The notes under the pieces are model-generated. The model made no database searches, was not told the origin of the DNA, and was given only the letters and a program-made list of their open reading frames with translations. From the NCBI GenBank assembly GCA_963775465.1, contig CAVZIW010000004.1, forward strand, positions 96,001-160,000: a stretch of DNA of 64,000 bases, written 5' to 3'. Below are positions 9,153 through 17,917 of the stretch, piece by piece. The translations under genes and the position numbers were made by a program. How positions within the stretch are numbered: the first letter of the stretch is position 1; every line of letters starts with the position of its first letter. Origin of the DNA: Candidatus Bathyarchaeota archaeon (GTDB taxonomy: Archaea; Thermoproteota; Bathyarchaeia; Bathyarchaeales; Bathycorpusculaceae).

Positions 9153-10168
9153 TGGTTAGCGCTCCTGTTTTTGCGGTGTAAAAATGATTCACGTTTAAAG
9201 TCTCTACCTAGCCGTTCCCTCATGGAGGCAACAAGGAAAGGAAAAACCATTAACGCCTCACCGATAACCATGACATGATCTGCTTCGCCCTTCATTTTGC
9301 CCCAACTAACTGTTTCTTCTAGTGTTGACCCCGAAAGGCCACCTGTTTCTGGACGATCCAACGTGATTACTATACCATAGTCTAAGCCTTTTTTTGAAGC
9401 GAGTGCTGCGGATTGGACGGTGTTGCGGGGTACGCCACCTCCGATTACAATCATGCCGTTTTTAGGTGAACGGGTGCAGATACCGCAGATGGTAGGAACG
9501 TCTTTGAAGGCATCCAATTGCAAAATGTTCTTTTGGTCTTGTTGTGATGCATGGAGCCAATGGATAAAACCGAATTCTGAATCTCGTGCTGAAGGCAAAA
9601 AAATAGGAACGTTTTCTTCGTATGCCGCGCGCAGGATTGAGTTTTTATCGGTTAAACGTTTGCCAATTTCGTATGTGAATTCGTTTGAAGCTAAAGGTTC
9701 CCCTTTTCGCAGCTTAGCAATGTCTGTGTACATTTCTGAGAGTTCAAAGTCTAATTTGACGTAGGCTTCTTCTGGAACAAGAATATCATAGATTCTGAAA
9801 AGATGGTAACGGTAAAGCTCAGCATCGTCAACTATGTATCCGCCTTTGTAGTGGTGTCCTCCAACGGCTTCGATTGCATCATGAACCATACAGGCACCCG
9901 TACTTACAATCACATCCACTAGGTGATTTCGAATCAAATCGGCAACTAACGTCCTCATTCCGGCGGGAACCACTGCTCCTGAGATCGCTAAGAACACGGT
10001 ACAATCTTTGTCTTTAAGCATCTTTTCATAAATGTCAGATGCAGCCGCCAACCGTCCAGCTCCAAACGAACCTGAATTCTTGAATTGAACGATGAGTTGG
10101 TCTACAGTTAAGGCGCCAGATATTTTTATGTGCTTAACGGGTTCTTTTAGATAGTCTTTTCTTTCCAT
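9149..10168 (-). CDS. dys: Deoxyhypusine synthase
   Basis: IGGGVPRN and GGLSGSTLEETVSWGK with catalytic Lys; SGA/STGA NAD-binding motifs. Confidence 0.92.
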   Translation of the reverse strand: MERKDYLKEPVKHIKISGALTVDQLIVQFKNSGSFGAGRLAAASDIYEKMLKDKDCTVFLAISGAVVPAGMRTLVADLIRNHLVDVIVSTGACMVHDAIEAVGGHHYKGGYIVDDAELYRYHLFRIYDILVPEEAYVKLDFELSEMYTDIAKLRKGEPLASNEFTYEIGKRLTDKNSILRAAYEENVPIFLPSARDSEFGFIHWLHASQQDQKNILQLDAFKDVPTICGICTRSPKNGMIVIGGGVPRNTVQSAALASKKGLDYGIVITLDRPETGGLSGSTLEETVSWGKMKGEADHVMVIGEALMVFPFLVASMRERLGRDFKRESFLHRKNRSANQ

Positions 10169-10343
10169 TCAAGATGCGCCTAAACGTAGTTATTATTAAT
10201 TGTGGAAATATGTTTCTGTCTTTAAATCGAAAAATAAGCAACAATTGTCAATGAATCAAGTTGCCTATAGGGCACTTCGTTTTCCTTTCCCCGATAGCTT
10301 GAAATAATGTATCTAACAAATTGCATGCAACTGAGGCAACTCA

Positions 10344-11444
10344 ATGATTTCAATTAATCTCCCAAAGATAGGCGAAGAAGAAATTCAGGCAGTCGTAGAA
10401 GTAATGAAAAGCGGAATATTAACAACCTCATTAGGTGCTGGACCAAAAGTAACCGAGTTCGAGAAGAAATATGCAGAGTTTGCTGGAGTTAAACATGCTA
10501 TAGCGGTTAACACGGGAACCGCTGCTCTACATGCCACATTGTTGGCTGTTGGAATCAAAGCAGGTGACGAAGTAATCTTGCCGAGTTTCACGTTCGTAGC
10601 AACCGCGGAAGCAGTTGTACTCGCTGGTGGAAGACCAGTCTTTGCCGACATCGACTCCGAAACCTACACCCTATCCCCACAAGCCATTGAAAAGGCAGTA
10701 ACCAAAAAAACGAAAGCGATAATCCCAGTAGACATCTATGGACTGCCAGCTGATATGAAACCGATAATGGAAATCGCCTCAAAAAACAACCTTTCAGTGG
10801 TTGAAGATTGTGCACAGTCACATGGAGCAACTTGCGAAGGTAAACCAGCGGGTGCCCTTGCGGATTTAGCTTGCTGGAGCCTTTATGCAGCTAAGAATAT
10901 CGGCACCGGCGAAGGGGGAGTCGTAACAACCGATAACGATCAACTTGCTGAGAAAGTCAAGATGGTAAGAACTCATGGAGAAAAAGCAAAATACCAATCA
11001 CTCATGTTGGGCACGAATTATCGCATGACTGAAATTCAAGCCGCAATAGGGGTTATACAGCTTAGAAGACTACCAGAATTCCTTGCAAAACGTTCCCAAA
11101 ATGCCCAGAGCCTAACTATGAAGTTGGAGAGCAACGGAATAGAACTACCTCCAAAACCAAAGAACAGAACACCAAGCTGGTACCTCTATACCATCAGAAT
11201 AAAAGATGCAACAAAAGAAAAAAGGGACGAAATCATAAGTAAAATGCACAAGAAAGGAATAGGAGCCGACGCCTATTATCCAACGCCAATTAACCAAATG
11301 CCATACTATAAAGAAAACTTCGGAACCTTCGTCTTACCAGAAACCGAAAAAGCCGCAAAACAAGTAATCTCCCTACCAATTCACCCGGGCGTGACAGAAG
11401 AGCAAATAGATTTGATAGCTCAAACATTTTTAGCAATTCTGTAA
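10344..11444 (+). CDS. DegT/DnrJ/EryC1/StrS sugar aminotransferase
   Basis: NTGTAALH, TFVATAEAV, EDCAQSHG and SLYAAKNIGTGEGG PLP-lysine motif. Confidence 0.92.
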   Translation: MISINLPKIGEEEIQAVVEVMKSGILTTSLGAGPKVTEFEKKYAEFAGVKHAIAVNTGTAALHATLLAVGIKAGDEVILPSFTFVATAEAVVLAGGRPVFADIDSETYTLSPQAIEKAVTKKTKAIIPVDIYGLPADMKPIMEIASKNNLSVVEDCAQSHGATCEGKPAGALADLACWSLYAAKNIGTGEGGVVTTDNDQLAEKVKMVRTHGEKAKYQSLMLGTNYRMTEIQAAIGVIQLRRLPEFLAKRSQNAQSLTMKLESNGIELPPKPKNRTPSWYLYTIRIKDATKEKRDEIISKMHKKGIGADAYYPTPINQMPYYKENFGTFVLPETEKAAKQVISLPIHPGVTEEQIDLIAQTFLAIL

Positions 11445-11509
11445 GAAGATTTTCAAATGCTTTAAATCACTGCGAACTACAATTCTACTTCATTGCAAGG
11501 CGAAAAAAC

Positions 11510-12382
11510 ATGCAGAGTGTACTAGTTGTTGGTTTGGGAGAAATCGGAAGTACAGTATTTACTGTCCTAAAACAGAGCCAAAAATTCAGGCTCTACGGCA
11601 TAGATTTCGATAGAAAGAAAATGCTAAAATGTGAAACAACCGAGCCACCAAACAACTCAAAAATCGATGTTTTGCAAGTTTGCATTCCTGCCGAAGACAA
11701 GACCAAATTAATTCAAATCACTAAAAGTTACATAAAAAAGTACCAACCTAAAGTGACCATCATAAACAGCACCGTTCCTATTGGCACAACCATGGAATTG
11801 TATAAGCAATGTGGCGGATTAGTAGCTCATTCTCCATGCCGAGGCGTGCACAAGAATAAGGAGTACATGGTAAAAGAGTTCAGACGCTGGACAAAATATG
11901 TCGGAGGCGCCACGCCTAAAGCAGGAAAAGCAGCAGAAAAACATTTCAAGTCATCAGGATTAAAAACTAAACAACTTGCCAACTGCACAGACACTGAATT
12001 TGCTAAACTATTTGAAACAACATACAGAACATGGATGATTGTTTTCTTCCAAAAAATGCAGCGTCTCGCAAGAAGATATAACAAAGCAAATCCGGATTTG
12101 AATATTGATTTTGACGAAACGGTCGACTTCATCGAAGATACTCACCGCCAAAGACACGACAGGCCCGTCATGTTCCCAGATGCAATCGGCGGCCACTGCC
12201 TGCTTCCAAATTCAAAACTGATGCTGAGCGAGTATGAACCTGAAATGCTAAATCTCATAATAGAAAGCAATAACCGAATGATTGTGGAAAAAAAAGACGC
12301 TAAAGTTTCAGCACAAGTCAAGAAAGTTGCCAACCGAGTCGCTAGTTTTGAAAAGGAACAGGACAATCAGGTCATGCATTGA
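11510..12382 (+). CDS. Short UDP-glucose/GDP-mannose dehydrogenase family protein
   Basis: VGLGEIG Rossmann motif, STVPIGTT, EFAKLFETTYR and GGHCL catalytic Cys; only 290 aa. Confidence 0.78.
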   Translation: MQSVLVVGLGEIGSTVFTVLKQSQKFRLYGIDFDRKKMLKCETTEPPNNSKIDVLQVCIPAEDKTKLIQITKSYIKKYQPKVTIINSTVPIGTTMELYKQCGGLVAHSPCRGVHKNKEYMVKEFRRWTKYVGGATPKAGKAAEKHFKSSGLKTKQLANCTDTEFAKLFETTYRTWMIVFFQKMQRLARRYNKANPDLNIDFDETVDFIEDTHRQRHDRPVMFPDAIGGHCLLPNSKLMLSEYEPEMLNLIIESNNRMIVEKKDAKVSAQVKKVANRVASFEKEQDNQVMH

Positions 12383-12532
12383 TTCTTTAGAGTTTCTTAC
12401 GAGAGTTCAAGGATGTTAAAAGCAATATTAAGTCAATAGTTGGAATTAATTTTGTGATAGTAATTCCTTCGGAGCCATTACTATTATAGGTATAATATTA
12501 ATTACGTTCAGAAATCTAAATTAGAAAATTAG

Positions 12533-13480
12533 TTAGTGTATAAGTCCATTATCTCTGAGCAAAACACTCAAACCCTCAGTTAGTAAAAACTGTGGCTCAT
12601 AGCAAAGAAGCTTTTTTGCCTTGGAAATATCCGCGTAGCTGTCCTTGATGTCGCCAGGACGTGTTTTTTCATAAATGATTTCCACGTCCTCACCACTTAA
12701 CTCTAAAAGAGTCCTAGCTAGCTTATTTATAGAAGTAGGCTTGCCTGATCCAACGTTAAAGACTTGACCGACAGCATCCTCAAGTTTCATAGCAGCTAAA
12801 ACTGCAGATGCAATATCATTTACGTTAACAAAGTCACGTGTCTGCAATCCGTCGCCATAGATGACCAAGGGCTCTTTGCGGCTTATATGATCAATGTAAC
12901 GTGTTATTACCCCACTGTAATCATTCATGCCTTGTCTTGGACCGTAAACGTTAAAGAAACGCAAAATAACAGAAGACAAAAGACCACGTTCCTGGAACCC
13001 TGTGCAGTAGCGTTCACCGATGAGTTTGGATTCAGCGTAAGGAGAAATCGGATTGGGAGGTGTATCTTCACTTACTGGGAGAGTGGCTGGGTCTCCGCAT
13101 ACTGCACAACTTGAAATAAAAACAAACCGATTAACCTGCGCCTCAACGCATGACTCCAATAAGTTCAAGGTTCCAAGAAGGTTAACATCGAAGGTTAATT
13201 TTGGATTTTTAATTGAAATAGGCACACTGATCATTGCCGCAAAATGAAGAACTGCATTAATGTCACGAAGGTTCTCGCGGACAAATGAAACGTCACGAAT
13301 GTCACCCTTGGCGAAAGTTACTTTTCCAGAATCTAAATGTGCGCGTATGTTCTTTATCTTGCCAGAGGATAAATCATCGATTACTCTAACGGAGTAGCCC
13401 TCTTTGACCAAGCGGTCAACAACATGGCTACCGATAAAGCCAGCACCACCAGTAACCAGAATCTTCATTTTATCAGGCAT
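12533..13480 (-). CDS. NAD-dependent sugar epimerase/dehydratase (extended SDR, UDP-glucose 4-epimerase-like)
   Basis: TGGAGFIGSH, SPYAESK (YxxxK), RFFNVYGPRQ, GDGLQTRDF. Confidence 0.92.
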   Translation of the reverse strand: MPDKMKILVTGGAGFIGSHVVDRLVKEGYSVRVIDDLSSGKIKNIRAHLDSGKVTFAKGDIRDVSFVRENLRDINAVLHFAAMISVPISIKNPKLTFDVNLLGTLNLLESCVEAQVNRFVFISSCAVCGDPATLPVSEDTPPNPISPYAESKLIGERYCTGFQERGLLSSVILRFFNVYGPRQGMNDYSGVITRYIDHISRKEPLVIYGDGLQTRDFVNVNDIASAVLAAMKLEDAVGQVFNVGSGKPTSINKLARTLLELSGEDVEIIYEKTRPGDIKDSYADISKAKKLLCYEPQFLLTEGLSVLLRDNGLIH

Positions 13481-13864
13481 AACATATTACTCAACTTAGT
13501 AATTTATTAAACAATTTGTTAGCTACACCGCAACTCAGAAAACACAAACAGCCTCTTTAACAAAATAATCACCCGCTTAGCAATTATTCCAACTATCATG
13601 CCTGAAAAACAAAGATATAATGATGACTACAACAGAATACCCTTACTCAGCAAGTAGATAACCAAAGAGAATAACTAACCTGTTATAGCGGCATACCCTA
13701 AAAGAGATAGCTCTTTGGAAAGATAGTTTGCTGCGATGTTTGGCAGATGCAATGTTGTTCTCCATCCCGAATTTGGCTCATCTATGGTAAGACAGATAGT
13801 ATATTTTCTCCAAACCAGCTAAAAAACAAATCCAAGATTACTAAAGCAACCATCCTCACATTTT

Positions 13865-14998
13865 CTAATTGCTTGGCTGTCCCTGAAGTGCTGAAGTAGA
13901 TCTTATTTCATGCTTAATTAACAAAACTATTTTTTCAACTTCCGAAACTTTTAGATCGGGATACAAAGGAAGACACAAAACCCTGTCAGCTATCGAATCT
14001 GCATTCACTAAATGATATTTTTCCACTAAGTTCAATCCGGCACCTTTGAAGTAATCAAAATTAACTGTGAGAGGATAGAAATATTTTCTTGACTTGACAC
14101 CATTCCTAAGAAGCATAAGATATATTGAATCTCTTTCCTTCTTTGAACTAAAAAGCACAGGCATATAACTGTAATTACATTTAGAAGCTACAATCTTCTG
14201 GAATTTTATACCCTCGAAACCAGATAGCAACTCAAAATAACGATCATAAAGTTTACCTCTAAGATTAATCGCGTTATCAATATTTTCAAGGTTACAAAGT
14301 CCCATAGAAGCTTGAAACTCATTCATCTTTCCATTAACACCAGCAAACGCAACTTCCTCTTCAGACTTAATTCCATGATTTCTAGCAAGCTTTAATTTCT
14401 CAGCAATTTCATCATCTTTAGCAATAGCCGCACCGCCCTCTATTGTATTAAACACTTTAGTAGCATGAAAACTCAATGTTGACCCATCACCAAAGTCAGT
14501 TATTGGTCGATTCTTATACTCCACACCAAAAGCATGAGCCGCATCAAAAATAAGTTTCAAGCCATGCTCCTCTGCAACTTCTTGAAGTTCCTCTACATAG
14601 CAAGGGTTTCCATAAACATGCACAGCAAGAATAGCACTCGTCTTATCAGTAATTTTTCTACGCACGTCAAATGGGTCGACATTATAGGTTTCAGGATCAA
14701 TATCAGCAAAGACAGGAGATAAACCAGCCCATAACAACACATTTGTAGTTGCTGCAAACGTAAAAGGAGTAGTAATAACCTCTCCTTGGATATCAAGCAC
14801 CTTTAGCATGATTTGAAGAGATAAAGTGCCATTGGACATAAGCACAAGATTTTTGACTTTAAGATATTCTTCCAGTCTCTTTTCTAGTAACTGCACAAAT
14901 TTCCCATCATTAGTTAACCACCGATTAGCCCATATCGTCTTCAAGTATTCAATGTATTTTTCAATTTGAGGAAGGTCAGCTTTCGTTACTGTAATCAT
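13865..14998 (-). CDS. VioA-like dTDP-4-amino-4,6-dideoxyglucose aminotransferase (DegT family)
   Basis: WLTNDG, VHVYGNPC, DAAHAFG, SFHATKVFNTIEGGA and NGKMNEFQA motifs typical of the VioA subgroup. Confidence 0.82.
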   Translation of the reverse strand: MITVTKADLPQIEKYIEYLKTIWANRWLTNDGKFVQLLEKRLEEYLKVKNLVLMSNGTLSLQIMLKVLDIQGEVITTPFTFAATTNVLLWAGLSPVFADIDPETYNVDPFDVRRKITDKTSAILAVHVYGNPCYVEELQEVAEEHGLKLIFDAAHAFGVEYKNRPITDFGDGSTLSFHATKVFNTIEGGAAIAKDDEIAEKLKLARNHGIKSEEEVAFAGVNGKMNEFQASMGLCNLENIDNAINLRGKLYDRYFELLSGFEGIKFQKIVASKCNYSYMPVLFSSKKERDSIYLMLLRNGVKSRKYFYPLTVNFDYFKGAGLNLVEKYHLVNADSIADRVLCLPLYPDLKVSEVEKIVLLIKHEIRSTSALQGQPSN

Positions 14999-15045
14999 TA
15001 TTTACTACCTATCTTTAGCTTTACTTTAATCACTAAGTGTTTATT

Positions 15046-15936
15046 TTAATGATTTCCCCAATCATAGAAACCTTTCCCACACTTACGTCCCAAGTGACCA
15101 CGATTAACCATTTTTACTAAAAGTGGAGAGGGCGAAAACTTCTCACCAAGTTCTTTGTTTAACACTTCACAAATCGATAACACAGTATCAGCACCTATAT
15201 AATCAACCAAAGCCAGAGGCCCCATAGGCCAATTCAACCCCAACTTAACAGCTTTATCAATGTCCTCCACACTTGCCACACCTTCATCTACTAAAGAAAC
15301 AGCCTCATTAAGAGCTAAAATTAGTAAACGATTAACTATAAAACCGGGTGTATCTTTATTTAAAACCACGGGGTCTTTACCCATCTGCTTTGATGCTTCA
15401 CGTATCTCATTGATTGTACTATCAGAGGTTTGTTGCCCAGGGATTACTTCGACAAGTTTGATTATTTGAGGGGGATTAAAAAAATGCATTCCTACAAAAT
15501 TTTCAGGCCTGATTGTGACTAAAGCCAATTCTGAAATCATTATCGAAGATGTGTTAGATGCAATTAAAGCAGAAGACTTGGCGATTTTTTCAATATTCTT
15601 TATCAAAGTTTTCTTAGCTACAATATTTTCTGGAATAGCCTCAATAATTAGATCAGCATTTTCAACTGCTTCTTTGAGTGAAATCACGGGATGAATTTTA
15701 CAATAAAAATGCTCAAACTGCGCTTGCGTAATCTCTTTTTTTTTCAATCTCCTATTCAAATCATTTTTTATCCTAGTCATTCCTTTATCGAGAAATTCCT
15801 CGTTGACATCCTGCAAATAAACATCACAGCTAATATTTTGGGCCACAAGCTGGGCAATACCGATCCCCATCAAACCAGCCCCAATAATAGCCAATTTTTT
15901 TATTTCCAAAACATGCCTCCTAGCTGGTTTAAGCAA
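15046..15936 (-). CDS. 3-hydroxybutyryl/3-hydroxyacyl-CoA dehydrogenase
   Basis: [54 protein letters not shown]. Confidence 0.93.
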   Translation of the reverse strand: MLKPARRHVLEIKKLAIIGAGLMGIGIAQLVAQNISCDVYLQDVNEEFLDKGMTRIKNDLNRRLKKKEITQAQFEHFYCKIHPVISLKEAVENADLIIEAIPENIVAKKTLIKNIEKIAKSSALIASNTSSIMISELALVTIRPENFVGMHFFNPPQIIKLVEVIPGQQTSDSTINEIREASKQMGKDPVVLNKDTPGFIVNRLLILALNEAVSLVDEGVASVEDIDKAVKLGLNWPMGPLALVDYIGADTVLSICEVLNKELGEKFSPSPLLVKMVNRGHLGRKCGKGFYDWGNH

Positions 15937-15952
15937 TTAAAGACCTTAAAGC

Positions 15953-16609
15953 TTACCACGGTTTCTCATCTATACTTTTATAAATTTTCTTCACAGAAGC
16001 GGGAACTCCTGCTACTAACGCCATCTCAGGAACATCCTTGGTAACTACTGCCCCTGCAGCTATTACCGCTCCATCCCCAACCTTTACGCGTTCAATTACA
16101 GTTGCGTTAGTACCAACATAAACTTGCTCACCCAATTGCGCGAACCCCATGAGCTCTGCGCCAGGAGAAATTGTTGTAAAACTGCCTATGACAACATCAT
16201 GACCAATATGGGCTCCGAGATTAGCAATAACATGTTGACCTATCTGAATTTGGCAGGTCATAATAACCCCCGCGGCAAAAATTGAACCAGCACCAATATC
16301 AACCCATCTTGATCGAACAACGTTTGGATGAATTATAGTATCAAAAGTAAATCCATCATTTTCAAGTTTTCTAATTAGCCGCTTGCGTTTAGTTGAGCCA
16401 ATAGCAGCCACTAAAAAAACATCGTTATAATCCAAATTTATTATGGTGGATATATCTCGCACCACCTTACCGTTCAGCAATTGACCAGTCTTTCTACAAT
16501 TTTCTTCAAAAAAACATACAACATCAGTTTCCCTCCCCGAATCGATAAAAATATTCAAGGTTTCCCTTGCAAACCCCCCTGCACCAAGTATACACACTTT
16601 TTTACCCAC
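15953..16609 (-). CDS. Sugar N/O-acyltransferase, NeuD/PglD/AntD-type hexapeptide (LbH) family
   Basis: N-terminal ILGAGGFARE domain, IGHD catalytic His, AGAVVTKDVP...AGVPA. Confidence 0.88.
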   Translation of the reverse strand: MGKKVCILGAGGFARETLNIFIDSGRETDVVCFFEENCRKTGQLLNGKVVRDISTIINLDYNDVFLVAAIGSTKRKRLIRKLENDGFTFDTIIHPNVVRSRWVDIGAGSIFAAGVIMTCQIQIGQHVIANLGAHIGHDVVIGSFTTISPGAELMGFAQLGEQVYVGTNATVIERVKVGDGAVIAAGAVVTKDVPEMALVAGVPASVKKIYKSIDEKPW

Positions 16610-16775
16610 TTAACATCCACAAAGTCTGAAGAAGGTACGCACCTTAATATTAACATTTTTTAAGCCTACCCATATTAACAAAAAAAATCTAAAAATGAAA
16701 TCCACCAGTCACTGAAGGTAAAAATAAACTACAAATTTTAACTTAAAAGGAAAATACCCTGGGAAAATAAAATAA

Positions 16776-17861
16776 TTATGGGTATGTATAGAACTTTTTA
16801 TAAAAAAGCTCTAAATTTCTAATATAAGAATTGTGACTATACATTTCATCACATAACTGGAATTGCTTAAGCTGGTAGGCACTATAATTATTTTCAATAT
16901 CAAAATCTATGATGTCATTACAAATATTTTTAATCAGAGCATCATAACTTGGATATACCGTTCGAAGAGACTCAAACTTCTTCGGAAAGAATTCAGGTCG
17001 ATATACGCTAAAACTTATAGCTCCGCTGAATATAGATTCGACAAAATACCCATCTAAACCTTCTCCAAAAGTTAAGGCCCATTTCGCCTTAGCAATTACC
17101 TGTTTATATCGTTCATATGTTAGGTTTTGTATTACTTGTATCTGCAATTTAGGAAACATATTGCGCAATGCATCAATAACCTCAGTTCGTCGAAAGTGAG
17201 GATCAGGCGAAAGAATCATTAGATCGTCTTTGTCTGCAAATTGACGATAACAGTATTTATCAGAACTAACATAAGTTGATAGTTTATGCAAAGGAAACCC
17301 TAGCTCCTTTCTAAGCTGCATCGTACAATATTTTTCATGAGCAGTAGTCGCCGTTAATTTCCCGATGCTGCCTAAACGATTAAGAACTCTTTTAGAGGGT
17401 AAATATTCAATATTTTGGAGAAGAATATTAATTGAAAAATGAGGTATTTCTCGAATTTTTTTACGATCAGCGGGAGAAATACTGCATAGGAAGCGAAACG
17501 CAAAATGCTCCGGTATATGTATTAATAAATCGTCTGGACTAAAAAACTTTAAAACATCCGAAAAATTCAGTAATACATTATTGTTTCTAAACTTTGTATA
17601 TCTAAGCAGGGGAGGGTCACCAGGGTATTCGCATAATACAGTCTCAACATTAGCCATAACCGAGAGTTTCCTCGTTTCTTCGTACAATGAACAAATAGAC
17701 AAAATTCCACCATTCACAGTATCTATACCAGGCGACATAAAAATCACCAATTTTTTAACATTATCCACATAGTTATTTTCTAGAAACCATCTCTGTTGCA
17801 ATTTTATTCGAATAAACTTTGGCGAAAACGACAAAAAAATACCTATAGCCATTGAAAACAA
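16776..17861 (-). CDS. Hypothetical protein, probable GT-B-like glycosyltransferase
   Basis: NGGILSI N-terminal motif and FGEGLDGYFVES resembling the GT-B nucleotide-binding motif; lies within sugar cluster; start uncertain. Confidence 0.5.
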   Translation of the reverse strand: MFSMAIGIFLSFSPKFIRIKLQQRWFLENNYVDNVKKLVIFMSPGIDTVNGGILSICSLYEETRKLSVMANVETVLCEYPGDPPLLRYTKFRNNNVLLNFSDVLKFFSPDDLLIHIPEHFAFRFLCSISPADRKKIREIPHFSINILLQNIEYLPSKRVLNRLGSIGKLTATTAHEKYCTMQLRKELGFPLHKLSTYVSSDKYCYRQFADKDDLMILSPDPHFRRTEVIDALRNMFPKLQIQVIQNLTYERYKQVIAKAKWALTFGEGLDGYFVESIFSGAISFSVYRPEFFPKKFESLRTVYPSYDALIKNICNDIIDFDIENNYSAYQLKQFQLCDEMYSHNSYIRNLELFYKKFYTYP

Positions 17862-17917
17862 ATCATAAACGAACTTGCGTAGACTGAAAGGAACATAATG
17901 TCTAAAAAAGTTAAACG

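Noticed and set aside
13500-13860. Possible gene remnant between the epimerase and VioA
   Set aside because: The translations I checked contain stops and no recognisable family motif
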